Part shown: positions 48,801 through 58,231 of the stretch, in pieces | Numbering within the stretch: position 1 is the stretch's first letter | How the letters are laid out: each line of letters begins with the position of its first letter | Assembly (NCBI GenBank): GCA_016839785.1 | Contig: JAEOTQ010000168.1 | Location: 1 to 64,000, forward strand | Direction: 5' to 3' | Source of the DNA: Candidatus Hodarchaeota archaeon | GTDB lineage: Archaea; Asgardarchaeota; Heimdallarchaeia; Hodarchaeales; Hodarchaeaceae | DNA length: 64,000 nucleotides | The notes under the pieces: model-generated | What the model was told of the DNA's origin: nothing | What the model saw: the letters and a program-made list of their open reading frames with translations, nothing else | Database searches by the model: none | Position numbers and translations under genes: made by a program

Positions 48801-51470
48801 AATGCCCGTTATATCGAAAGCTCTGGTAACATTTCTGATGTCATCAAATATCTTGGAAAAATGAGAAATAGATTTTTAGAATTTGATCAGTTTGAAGACG
48901 CTTCTAAAATGACCGATTTAATATTTAGATTCGGTAAAACCCATCAACAATATAAAATTGCAATCCAATCGATCAAAGAATACGCAAAAATTACTTTAGA
49001 CAATAACGACTTTATTTCTTCAATAAAATTGGCTCTTGATGTTGCTGCTCTCTTCAAGGAAGATGACAAACCAGATAAAGCACTCGAATTTCTTCATATG
49101 ATATTCAACGTGACATTTCAACATGTAAAAGAGCCCTCTCTTCAGATTTTCCGCAAGATTGTAGAAATTCACGCAGAAAAGGACGACTTCAAAAAAATCA
49201 CGAAGAAAGTCGTTGATCCTTTATTGTTGAAATATCCTGATGTTTCCCTTCTTGCAGTCGTGAATGAAGTTCTTTCCCCACCTCTCGATGAATACATCAA
49301 ATATTCTGAAAGATTCTATGATCAGTTAATTGAATCATCTTCATTAACCTTTGACTCGGCGGAAGGTATAATCTCATTGGTTAATCTCGTTTATGGAAGT
49401 GCTTTGGTCGATCCTGGAGATAAATTAATCTTTAAATACGCCGATAAATTGGCAGAATTCGGTTTTGCCGATGAAGCAATGAAATTAATGTCTATATTGT
49501 CCGAAAAGTCGAATTTACCTTTCACGGAACTTAATAATCGATCTCTTGAATTTGTTCAAAGTTTAATAAGGAAATCACATATTGAAAAAGCAAGAGAGTT
49601 TACAGACAATTTGATTCAGCATATTTCAACGAATCCTGAACTATCTGCAGACAAGAATCATTTAGGTGCCAAAGTCTGCCAGAAATTTGCCCATATGGTA
49701 GCTCATGACAATCCAGATCTTGCCTCTGAATATGCCTATCTTGCTGCAGATTATCTACGAGGAGCAAATGACTTTGATGGGGTAGTTAATATCTATAATA
49801 CTCTTGCAACTCAATACTCCTCCTCAAAAAGAGCGATTCGTATATTCGAAAGAGGAATTTACATTTGTAGTAAATTTAAAGCAAAAAAACACGAAGCCCA
49901 GCTACTGGTTTTACTAACGAAATACTTATGTTCTATTTCAAACGACTCAGTACTAGCAGCTTTTCAACAAACTATAGAAAAACTAGAAGAATTAGAGGAT
50001 CTAGACGAGCTCTTTAGAAATTGTAGTGAAATACTCAATGTAGCAATTTCAACTGATAATTTAGACCTTGTATATAAATATCTGGAATATACGAGTAAAT
50101 TAGCCAATATGATTAACCGATCTGAAGAAATGGGTGGATCGCTTGTTTTTATGTTAAATCATGTTTCTGATCTAAAGGAAGTTGAAAAATCAAATAAAAT
50201 TAGGGAATATATTGATGAGCTTGGTATCCAACCCAAGAAATTTAAAAAGGAATTTAAACGGTTATCGGACGAGCGTAACAACTTTTTAAAGTCGAAACCA
50301 CTGATTGATCAACCACTAATTGAAGAAGATGGAATTGCTGTACCTACATTAGTTGATGCAACTGATCTAATTACGCCTGTAGAACAACCTCGCTTAGATG
50401 AAGGTATCGCTCCTGAAATTGTCGAAGAAGAGATTATAGATGTTATCAAAGGTATCAAGGCGGAATCACCACTACCAGAACATGTGGAAACTCCCGAAGT
50501 AGTCCAACAGCCACAACCTCAGTTTTCTCCGAAATTGGAAGACAAGGCTACTTTAATGGCAGAACCCCAGATAAGTGGTGAGGTTTTGGAAATCCCCCTG
50601 AAAAAGGAGGGATTGGATATGTCGGCTACCCTCAGTGATGATGAACTCTCGAGCTTATTTACGCCTGCCCCCTCCTCTGAAGAGGTTTCGCAAGTACCTC
50701 CCTCAGTAGATGATGATATATTATCAGATATTAGTCAACCTGTCAAAGAGGGCGTCACTCTTTCCGATGATGAAGTAACGACATTATTTAGCGCACGAAA
50801 AGACTCAAAAATCAGGGGAGCTGATGTTTTACGATCATTATCGGCACAAGAATCCTCAGTCAGCGAGGAAGAGTGGGAAGTTGATGCTTTTGGTCGTTTG
50901 TTAAAGAAAGGAGATACCACTCCGTCACCAGATAAAATTAGTAAGCCTAGACCTACAGAATCACCTAGTATAATTGAAGATACAGCGGGAACTCCAGATT
51001 TAAGTGCTCTAGAGTCAACATTCGAGCCCAAGAAGGAAGATGTAGTTAAACCTACTCAATTAAAATCACTTCAACTAGAACCTGATTTGGAGAGTCAAAA
51101 AAAGAAACAGTTACAAAGTTTACCTGACCTAGAAGATCTAGAAATGGCTCTAGTTGATACAGAAAGTATTATTCCTCCGAAACAAGAAATAAAAGCGTTC
51201 GAAGAACCTAAAAGTCTTTTCGATAAAGGCCCCACGAGTTCATTTGACTCTGTTGTAGATGCACTTGCTGAAGATGAATCTAGTGACACCAATGAAATTT
51301 TTGGAATTCCAGAAGTGTCCTATGAGGAAATATCTGAACCTCAAACTTCAAAAGCCGCTGAAGTGAAGCCTCCTGATTTAATAGATTTGTTTTCAGATGC
51401 TTTATCTGAATTAGGATCGATTACTGGGGAATCTGGAAAGAAAAGCAAGGATAAAAAGAAAAAGAAATAA
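45879..51470 (+). CDS. Giant (1863 aa) alpha-solenoid protein with three N-terminal repeats and acidic disordered tail
   Basis: Three QD..V..I....I...SFS..(F/Y)D.A repeats, about 1100 aa of TPR/SNAP-like helices, Pro/Glu/Ser-rich C-terminus. Confidence 0.75.
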   Translation: MATRNEKLVRLELPSTSGVEVEIRESNDRYILNFFQNDRQINSSSISSPKLDQDRVVDLLSEAGIEFFSFSAIFDIADLLVNTIKDEFQAFSIDEEADSTPVTQDTDNVTERFGIITEDIPERKDAIAEDIVSIKSSKILTIPPGDKELKRIKMLHSKSGFATIYYTPKGKFAVVLSRDEELLQRKVYSKDNVNQDKIVELISESGIDFLSFSAIYDSAEQIESLILKPETLESEDTVSIPQMDKIVDVDDPTALSQKTPSQEQDEVTLVDLSEFDMSKFSKAEDFDKFITKVKEVVEVGQPLPVKELEIAHSGGVDCIILRKFDSWFLRFRNSDGSISAPTEIAIDQDEIARVINQEIPKISFSYLYDASELIYITIQDLATKPMDQIIINVAVGHFLQIIEQNEAEGNLKAASKITEVLLRRFRKENNSKGILRFGRKLVKFLVDQGKDSKVVKTQSDLISDLLKIDVDTSIEFVFESIEMLADQNKHLNAANLCDLVLDHYLSEKIIPDSLSTILLLAKKQAEFYKHARLPVVMWENALRYAHFALKEIGESGDTLSNEQKGGHIDDIVFLVDSALGVQEERKANFEILSTLEETSRLLKEINEKTHYQRYINRLILTLETQGKKEKALEITLEAAKALMGSDTYVKSCELSNQAIKLYYELNKVEEAVDFSLGVVRGLTELNESEAAKNYLQFVEDLIGKAYKDDDSRRIEKQLAMGDLLGKLGMKDRSKSFIQTALQTIDDPKKREKIVLKYVDEMLVSHAVLTAQEMINLELSRLLETKKIKDVIKFCCQFIDKLRESNHRDMIFEYMRYIASLMLQSDHIDYDLLQQFIKDLLSEAEIDRAALILDQLIILQGKQNDFTRAIDSISRFVDHLLQNTQRVDLVQKYIFETAEAYRRMGDEQGALEVLVKYQEEVLDYSVELSQKITDIILKEYEEKEEYKKCITIVTNIIDRQLEQGMFQDAYIFSVQNARYIESSGNISDVIKYLGKMRNRFLEFDQFEDASKMTDLIFRFGKTHQQYKIAIQSIKEYAKITLDNNDFISSIKLALDVAALFKEDDKPDKALEFLHMIFNVTFQHVKEPSLQIFRKIVEIHAEKDDFKKITKKVVDPLLLKYPDVSLLAVVNEVLSPPLDEYIKYSERFYDQLIESSSLTFDSAEGIISLVNLVYGSALVDPGDKLIFKYADKLAEFGFADEAMKLMSILSEKSNLPFTELNNRSLEFVQSLIRKSHIEKAREFTDNLIQHISTNPELSADKNHLGAKVCQKFAHMVAHDNPDLASEYAYLAADYLRGANDFDGVVNIYNTLATQYSSSKRAIRIFERGIYICSKFKAKKHEAQLLVLLTKYLCSISNDSVLAAFQQTIEKLEELEDLDELFRNCSEILNVAISTDNLDLVYKYLEYTSKLANMINRSEEMGGSLVFMLNHVSDLKEVEKSNKIREYIDELGIQPKKFKKEFKRLSDERNNFLKSKPLIDQPLIEEDGIAVPTLVDATDLITPVEQPRLDEGIAPEIVEEEIIDVIKGIKAESPLPEHVETPEVVQQPQPQFSPKLEDKATLMAEPQISGEVLEIPLKKEGLDMSATLSDDELSSLFTPAPSSEEVSQVPPSVDDDILSDISQPVKEGVTLSDDEVTTLFSARKDSKIRGADVLRSLSAQESSVSEEEWEVDAFGRLLKKGDTTPSPDKISKPRPTESPSIIEDTAGTPDLSALESTFEPKKEDVVKPTQLKSLQLEPDLESQKKKQLQSLPDLEDLEMALVDTESIIPPKQEIKAFEEPKSLFDKGPTSSFDSVVDALAEDESSDTNEIFGIPEVSYEEISEPQTSKAAEVKPPDLIDLFSDALSELGSITGESGKKSKDKKKKK

Positions 51471-51473
51471 CTC

Positions 51474-52622
51474 TCAATCTTTCCTTGATTTTCCATACTT
51501 AGTAGAATCATAGAGAGGATATTTCTTTATCTGTCCCTCATGTAGTTTATTTCTAACTTGAAATTGAACCACTCTATTCTCTGTACTAAATTCTGGCAAA
51601 ATATAACCCATTCCGATTCCAGTGTTTAGAAGGGGAGAGAAGCCACCAGAGGTTATGATTCCGATTTCTTTTTCACCCTCAAAGATTTTCATTCCCGAAC
51701 GAGGACTAGGTCCCTTTCTCATTGATATTAAACCCACTCGAATTTTCTGAAGAGGTAAATCTTTCATTTTTTCGAGTTGAGGTTTTCCTATGAAGGAGGG
51801 TTTATTTATATGAATAAATGGGGGAAAATTCAGGTCAGCTTCAAGTGGGTTAATACTTTCTGATATATCATTCCCATAAAGATGATAACCTGCTTCCAAT
51901 CTTAACGAATCGCGTGCTCCCAATCCACAAGGTTTAATGTCAAATTCTTTTCCTTCTTGGAGTAATTTTGTCCAGATTTTAACCGCATTTGTATTATTCT
52001 CCAAAGTGGTATCCATAACAATAATTTCATATCCCGTCTCTCCAGTGTATCCTGTACCAGATACTATAATTTCGCAATCATCAATAGTTGTATGCAAAAT
52101 ATTCCAAGAGGACGGAGGACTTGTAGTTTTTGGCAAAATACGTTTTAGGACTGTTTCTGCTTTGGGACCTTGTAAAGCAAACATAGCTGTTGAGCGTGAT
52201 ATATTTTCTATCTCAAGTTCCAATTTGTAAAAATTCTCTATTAATTCTGATAGCGATTGAATCCAGTAAAGAATTTTTTCATAATTTCCTGCATTCCACA
52301 CGAGTAGCCACTTGTTATCTTCAAGACGTTCAAAAACAAGATCATCTCGAAAGCCTCCTCTTTCATTGAGCATGAATGTATAAGATGCTCTTCCTACATC
52401 TGTTTTCGAAAGATCTCGTGGTACAAGAACATTGAGAAAGGCCTCAGAATCCTTACCCTGTATCCACATTCGTCCCATATGAGAAACATCAAACAAACCA
52501 ACTGTATTTCGTACCGCTAAATGTTCCTCAATTATAGATGTGTACATTACAGGCATTTGAAAGCCTGCAAAATCAACAACGTCACCATTTTTCGCATGCC
52601 AATCATATAATTGTGTTTGCAT
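51474..52622 (-). CDS. gcvT: Glycine cleavage system T protein
   Basis: FAGFQMPV, EHLAVR..GLFDVSHMG, TGYTGE.GYE, GLGARDSLRLEAG. Confidence 0.95.
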   Translation of the reverse strand: MQTQLYDWHAKNGDVVDFAGFQMPVMYTSIIEEHLAVRNTVGLFDVSHMGRMWIQGKDSEAFLNVLVPRDLSKTDVGRASYTFMLNERGGFRDDLVFERLEDNKWLLVWNAGNYEKILYWIQSLSELIENFYKLELEIENISRSTAMFALQGPKAETVLKRILPKTTSPPSSWNILHTTIDDCEIIVSGTGYTGETGYEIIVMDTTLENNTNAVKIWTKLLQEGKEFDIKPCGLGARDSLRLEAGYHLYGNDISESINPLEADLNFPPFIHINKPSFIGKPQLEKMKDLPLQKIRVGLISMRKGPSPRSGMKIFEGEKEIGIITSGGFSPLLNTGIGMGYILPEFSTENRVVQFQVRNKLHEGQIKKYPLYDSTKYGKSRKD

Positions 52623-52802
52623 CGATTTTCACAACGTTTGAATGAATTTTTTGATGTTTTAAGCATTTTATTCCCAGTAACTGGGATTTAACTGACTAAG
52701 AACAAGCTAAATTCTATGAATTAATGGACTTTGGATTGGGAGAAAAACTAGTGAGAAATTTATATTAAAATTAATACTAATTACTCTTACAAACAGTAGA
52801 AT

Positions 52803-54149
52803 ATGTGTGGTATAAAGTTGACTAATGATCCAACATTTAGAAAAATTCGGAGTATTCTTGAATCCCATCATGAATATTGGAATAATGCTATCCCTTTAAT
52901 TGCTTCAGAAAACCTTACAAGCCCCGCTGTAAGAGAAGTAGCTATTTCAGATTTAGCTCATAGGTATGCAGAAGGATGGATAGGAGAGCGAGTCTATCCT
53001 GGAAACGAATATTTCGACGATATTGAAGAACTCACTTTAAAACTCTTGAAACAGCTTTATAAAGCCCCTTTTATAGATGCTCGTCCTATTTCAGGAGTTG
53101 TTGCAAATTTAACCGTCTATACTGCCTTCACAAAAGCTCACGATAAGATGATGGCGATATCAATTCCTGTAGGTGGACATATAAGCTCTGGACCTCTTTC
53201 TGCAAAATCAGGATCTTTCATCGGAGGGACAGCAGGGGCTGTTTCCAGGTTAAATGTGGATTACATTCCTTTTGATCGTTATGGATTAAATATTGATATA
53301 GATGCAGCAATAAAGGCATTTCGTGAAAAAGAACCAAGGCTTGTGCAATTTGGTGCAAGTGTTTTTCTATTTCCACACCCCCTCAAGGAGCTGATACCCG
53401 TAGCTCACGAGGTAGGAGCGCATGTGAATTATGATGCAGCTCATGTCGCAGGATTAATAGCAGGAAAACAATTTCAAGACCCTCTTAAGGAAGGAACGGA
53501 TACTATGACTATGTCAACACACAAAACGTTCCCAGGCCCTCAAAAAGGAATTGTAATAGCATCCCAAGATGAACTTGCAGAAAAGATCAAAGCGGCTGCA
53601 TTTCCAGGAATGACATCAAATCACCATTTAATGCATGTAGCTGGTCTTGCGGTAGCGGCTGCAGAATTTCTACAATTTGGAGAAGCGTATTCAAAACAAA
53701 TAATTCTTAACGCGAAAGCTTTAGGGCAAGCATTGTATGAGCGTGGTTTTAAAGTAGTTTGTCCTGATAAAGGGTTCACAGAATCACACACATTACTAGT
53801 TGATATCACAAATTTCCAAGATTCAATTGGTTTAGGAGCAGATGTTGAACAAAGACTCGAAAAGGCTCATATTGTTGCAAACAGAAATTTATTACCATGG
53901 GACATTTTAGAAAAGCGTAATTATTTGAATCCGGGAGGAATTCGTATTGGAACCCAGGAAATCACTAGATTAGGAATGAAAGAATCAGATATGATCACAA
54001 TCGCAGAATTCTTTAAATCTGTAGTTTTAGATAAAAAAGATCCACAAACTGTTGCTCAGGAAGTATCAGAGTTCCGAAAAGAATTCCAAAAAATCCATTA
54101 CGGATTTGAAACATCGATTAAAGCGTATGAATATATTAAAATAGTCTAG
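52803..54149 (+). CDS. glyA: Serine hydroxymethyltransferase
   Basis: LIASEN, YAEG, GGH, DAAHVAGLIAG, STHKTFPGPQ, GIRIGT. Confidence 0.96.
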   Translation: MCGIKLTNDPTFRKIRSILESHHEYWNNAIPLIASENLTSPAVREVAISDLAHRYAEGWIGERVYPGNEYFDDIEELTLKLLKQLYKAPFIDARPISGVVANLTVYTAFTKAHDKMMAISIPVGGHISSGPLSAKSGSFIGGTAGAVSRLNVDYIPFDRYGLNIDIDAAIKAFREKEPRLVQFGASVFLFPHPLKELIPVAHEVGAHVNYDAAHVAGLIAGKQFQDPLKEGTDTMTMSTHKTFPGPQKGIVIASQDELAEKIKAAAFPGMTSNHHLMHVAGLAVAAAEFLQFGEAYSKQIILNAKALGQALYERGFKVVCPDKGFTESHTLLVDITNFQDSIGLGADVEQRLEKAHIVANRNLLPWDILEKRNYLNPGGIRIGTQEITRLGMKESDMITIAEFFKSVVLDKKDPQTVAQEVSEFRKEFQKIHYGFETSIKAYEYIKIV

Positions 54150-54181
54150 ATTGGTAAAAATTGGTTTTTTGCCTCTCTTTC

Positions 54182-54559
54182 TTATTTCCAATCATTCGTT
54201 GCCAACCATCCATCTACTGTCTCCCTTAAAACCTCCCATGGTTTGACTGAATTGAGATTAAACGATTTTGCCTGAGCCCAATAACTACTCATTTTTCCTT
54301 CTGCATCAGGATCTGCTTTATTTCTCTTTTGCCATCTTTGAATTACAACGATTTGTTTATCAGCGTCATCAACAGATTGGACTAATAATACCGCTGTCCA
54401 CCAGCGTCCCCGTCGTGAGATTGTTTTACCTTTAAGTAAATGATAGTAATCTGAATGATAAGGAAATTTTTCTTTTGTTTTTTCATTTGCCATTGGTATG
54501 CTTCCTATTTTGTCTATTTTGGGCACAATCCAAACCAAATTAAAAAATTGGCTAATCAC
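54182..54559 (-). CDS. Hypothetical protein
   Basis: Trp-rich ORF (TISRRGRWWTAVLL, QRWQKR). True start may be MANEK. Confidence 0.6.
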   Translation of the reverse strand: MISQFFNLVWIVPKIDKIGSIPMANEKTKEKFPYHSDYYHLLKGKTISRRGRWWTAVLLVQSVDDADKQIVVIQRWQKRNKADPDAEGKMSSYWAQAKSFNLNSVKPWEVLRETVDGWLATNDWK

Positions 54560-54651
54560 ATATATTTCTGAGTAGCTCTTAAGATAAATTTTTAAGAGGT
54601 GTCATTCATTTATTCTAGCAAGAGTGACTGCAAGTTAGAGTTGGTGTTTTT

Positions 54652-55674
54652 TTGAGCGAGTACGAAAGCTATATTCATTACGGACGATTGGTGGTCCTTT
54701 TACAGTTTATTTTAATTCCTACTTACTTCTATTTGTTATCTTTCATTTTTGTAGGAGGTGTAATCTGGTTTTTAAATACCCCAGAACTGATATTTCTTTC
54801 TGATTTTATTGTGTACGGAATCGGACCTCTTATAATGGCTGTTCCTTTCTTTTTTTGGACATACGGGAAGAGATTCCAAATTGGAGACGCATATGAAACA
54901 TTTGGACGTGAAGTATGGCGTTTACCAACAACAATTAAAGCTTTTTATGGATTTAATTTCCTTTTAGGTATTTTTTTCTTATTTCCATTGTTGGTACCGG
55001 TTGTATCCCTATTTGGTGGGTATTTCATTGCCGTCTACCTCTTTGGATGGCGAGAGGAAGGGAAATCGATATCGAGTCATAGGAGGACCAAAATTCTAAC
55101 TTTGGTCTATCTTCCATTACCTCTACTGGTTATAATCGGATTCTATTTTGGTTATGATTTCTTAGGTACGCAAAAAGGAATTTTTGCTTTCTTTATACAA
55201 CTCATTGAATACTGGACATCACAAATTGACACTTTATACACCTCTGCGCTAATTATAGCAGATTCAGCAACAATTGGGGGGGCTATTTATTTAGTATATG
55301 AAGGTGCACGGCAGGTCGATCGTGATGTAAAGGTACCGGAATTTTTGATAACTCTAATTTCCTTAGTTTTTTTTATCAGCCTAGAAGTACTGTATTTATT
55401 CTTCACTGAAAGTTTTGAAGGATTCTTGGGATGGATTCACCTTGTAGTTGTAATTCTTGGAGTTTTACTCCTCATAATTAGGTACTGGAAAGGATTATTG
55501 ACAAGTCGAGATACGAGCATAATAGGTTGGTTGACTTTGCTACTCTTTCAACTTGTTAACTTTGCTTCTGGTGCTTTAGAAACCATTAGCCGATCTAGTG
55601 CCATTTTCATTGCATTTGCAATCTTTTTGTTCCTTTTCTGGGTGGCATATCAACGTGCAGGTCAACGTTACTGA
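54652..55674 (+). CDS. Polytopic membrane protein
   Basis: About 9-10 hydrophobic segments. Confidence 0.75.
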   Translation: MSEYESYIHYGRLVVLLQFILIPTYFYLLSFIFVGGVIWFLNTPELIFLSDFIVYGIGPLIMAVPFFFWTYGKRFQIGDAYETFGREVWRLPTTIKAFYGFNFLLGIFFLFPLLVPVVSLFGGYFIAVYLFGWREEGKSISSHRRTKILTLVYLPLPLLVIIGFYFGYDFLGTQKGIFAFFIQLIEYWTSQIDTLYTSALIIADSATIGGAIYLVYEGARQVDRDVKVPEFLITLISLVFFISLEVLYLFFTESFEGFLGWIHLVVVILGVLLLIIRYWKGLLTSRDTSIIGWLTLLLFQLVNFASGALETISRSSAIFIAFAIFLFLFWVAYQRAGQRY

Positions 55675-55720
55675 TGGGGGGTAATTGTTTTATTAGCTCC
55701 TCAACCTCTTCGCTAGTAGA

Positions 55721-56752
55721 ATGAGCGCACAACAGAAGATCCCTCCTACCCAACAATTCCAATTTCGTTTAACTATTGAAGAATGGATGGCAATCGAATT
55801 TGAACGAGTTACTTTACAGTATTCTACTTTATTAGATGTCATCGAACAAGTGAAATTTTATGGGATTAATGGATTGATTCAACTAGAGAATCAGAAAATT
55901 AGCCCCTTTTATTTTCACCTGATTGAAGGTGATGAAGAAAAATTTTTAATAATTATTTTCTCTATTCCTGTATTTCAGTCATTAGATTCGAATGCCTTGT
56001 CAACAGGAATGGAGTATTTCTCTGCAATTTTAAAGAACATCTTCTGCGAGAATAAGTCAGTTTCAGAATCTGAAATTTTGGCGTTTAGTGATATAAAAAA
56101 TCTTCCCCTCTTTCGATCACAGGGTCATGATATAATACCCTATGAGGACTACACAGAGAAGATTGAACTTCAATTGCGAATGAAAGTACGTACAGGAATC
56201 CAAATCTTCCCTGTAACGAAAATTATTGAAGATATTTCCACTGAATCTATGCAACACTTGAAAGAACTAAGAAAAGCTAAGGCAGCTCTAGTTACAATAC
56301 AATCAAATCTTCGAGAGTACTCTGCACGGATTTCCAACAGATATCGTATCACTGTTAAACCTTATTTGTTTAGAACTGCATTAGAAAACCGATTTGAACC
56401 TTCTTTTATTTCTGTGTTCTCTTTAGACGCCACTAGTCAGGTAAAAGATGATTTTTCTGTTTTAGTATTTTCTTGTGAAGTAATTAATAGAATTAAACAA
56501 GATGAACTGAAAATTCTGATTGCTCATGAAATAATCTTTGATTTGTTAAAAGATAAGTTCTCAAGAGGTATAGTTGAAAGAGAAATTTACCAAATACTAT
56601 CAAATGGGAACAAAGACGATCCAAATTTCTTCATTATAAAAGAACTGAATAAATTTTTTACAGAGGAAGAAATTTCAAAGGCTCAAAATGCAATTAAACA
56701 GACAATAGAGGACCTTTTAGAAGAAAATTATCCAATAATGAGACTTGATTGA
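55721..56752 (+). CDS. Hypothetical protein
   Basis: 343-aa ORF in an operon-like run. Confidence 0.7.
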   Translation: MSAQQKIPPTQQFQFRLTIEEWMAIEFERVTLQYSTLLDVIEQVKFYGINGLIQLENQKISPFYFHLIEGDEEKFLIIIFSIPVFQSLDSNALSTGMEYFSAILKNIFCENKSVSESEILAFSDIKNLPLFRSQGHDIIPYEDYTEKIELQLRMKVRTGIQIFPVTKIIEDISTESMQHLKELRKAKAALVTIQSNLREYSARISNRYRITVKPYLFRTALENRFEPSFISVFSLDATSQVKDDFSVLVFSCEVINRIKQDELKILIAHEIIFDLLKDKFSRGIVEREIYQILSNGNKDDPNFFIIKELNKFFTEEEISKAQNAIKQTIEDLLEENYPIMRLD

Positions 56753-56789
56753 TAAAATGGTTATGTGGATACTTAAAGGATAGAGTGAA

Positions 56790-57413
56790 ATGTCAGATAT
56801 TCAACAATTAGAACAAGAGATCCTTCAGGATGCCCAAAACAAAGCGGAAAACATTCTTAAAGAGGCGAAAAAAGAAGCAGATGAAATGTTGAGCCAAGCG
56901 AGAAGCAAGAATAAGGAACTCATGCAAAAAGTCGAAAAGGAAAAACTCGAAAGTCAAGAGATTGAAGTCCAGAGAGAGCTCTCCCGAATCAGGATAAAGA
57001 GCAAAATTGAACTAGAAAATCTCAAAGAATCCTTGGTTCAAGAAATTTTTGATGATAGCATAGCAAAAATCCGACAGATGCGCAAACAAAAGGACAAAAG
57101 ATATCTAAAGGCTCTTTCTGAGCTTGTAATTTTGAGTGGAACCATTTTAGAAGGTGGAGAAATGAATGTCACTCTACACCCTGGTGATGCAGAAACCATC
57201 GATAGAAACTCCTTGGAAGCTGAAGTTGCAAAGAAAACTGGAACCAGCACTAAACTTAATATATCCTCTTCAGAACAAGATTTTATAAATGGTGGTGTTA
57301 TTTCTAAAAAAGGCTCTTTAACTGTAAATAACACTTTTAATGCAATTTTTGATCGAAGAAAAGAGGCTATACGAAATAAACTGAATTCTGTCATTTTCAA
57401 AGATGAGAGCTAA
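56790..57413 (+). CDS. A/V-type ATP synthase subunit E-like protein
   Basis: N-terminal coiled coil EILQDAQNKAENIL, GGVI..G...VNNTF. No other atp genes nearby. Confidence 0.8.
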   Translation: MSDIQQLEQEILQDAQNKAENILKEAKKEADEMLSQARSKNKELMQKVEKEKLESQEIEVQRELSRIRIKSKIELENLKESLVQEIFDDSIAKIRQMRKQKDKRYLKALSELVILSGTILEGGEMNVTLHPGDAETIDRNSLEAEVAKKTGTSTKLNISSSEQDFINGGVISKKGSLTVNNTFNAIFDRRKEAIRNKLNSVIFKDES

Positions 57414-57424
57414 GGAATAAAAAA

Positions 57425-58231
57425 GTGCATAAAAGATATAGACGGAATCAAAAAAAGAAATTTTCAGTCTTAACGACAAAAAACAATTCTCTTCAGAGAG
57501 TATATGGATTGGTACGCCCTATGATACGTAAAATCATTCGACCAAGCATCATCGTGTTTGTGATAATGCTTTCTTTAGGATTTTTGCCTTCTACCCAGCC
57601 CGAGATGATTCAAGTCAATGCTGTAAAAGCACAGTCCGAATCTCCATTGATTGAAATACAAGAAGTGAATCTTGAAGTTGAGAAGGACGGAAAATTTGTC
57701 GAACTTGAAGAACTGACTCTGGACGAACCAACGACAGGTCAAACAACATTGACACCCCAAGTAGTCAATAACTCAAAGCTGCGAGTGAATGTGTCTTATT
57801 CCACAATTATCGGGAATGAAGAATCAATTGTAATTCATAGCTTTGCTGTAGAAGTATACGAATTTCGAACTGGTGAACCTGACAATTTTACAAAAAATGC
57901 AGGAATATCTGAATACGAAAAAAGTAATCCTGAAGAACTAGTATTACCTCCAAATTCTTCGAAATCAGAAGTATTACAGATTTCTTCCCTTGCATTACCG
58001 ACATATGGTAATTATAAATTTGCGTTTAAAGTCGAATATCATGTTTACGGTGGAGATAGTTTAGCCTCAAACGTATATTTTGCTAAAAATATGTCTTTCG
58101 AGTTTGTTGAGAGTTTGCCCGAGTCTCCATATGTTTTATACTTCCTCTTTTACACTATTTCCATTGTCTTTATTGCCTTTGTTGCTTTAGGCGTTTATGG
58201 AGATCGTAGATATAAAAACTTAGAGATTTGA
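57425..58231 (+). CDS. Secreted/membrane-anchored Ig-like protein
   Basis: Signal-like segment (real start probably the internal MIRK), beta-rich body, C-terminal TM. Confidence 0.65.
   Translation: MHKRYRRNQKKKFSVLTTKNNSLQRVYGLVRPMIRKIIRPSIIVFVIMLSLGFLPSTQPEMIQVNAVKAQSESPLIEIQEVNLEVEKDGKFVELEELTLDEPTTGQTTLTPQVVNNSKLRVNVSYSTIIGNEESIVIHSFAVEVYEFRTGEPDNFTKNAGISEYEKSNPEELVLPPNSSKSEVLQISSLALPTYGNYKFAFKVEYHVYGGDSLASNVYFAKNMSFEFVESLPESPYVLYFLFYTISIVFIAFVALGVYGDRRYKNLEI

Noticed and set aside
55721-56752. Zincin metalloprotease (LIAHEII)
   Set aside because: The second His of HExxH is absent.
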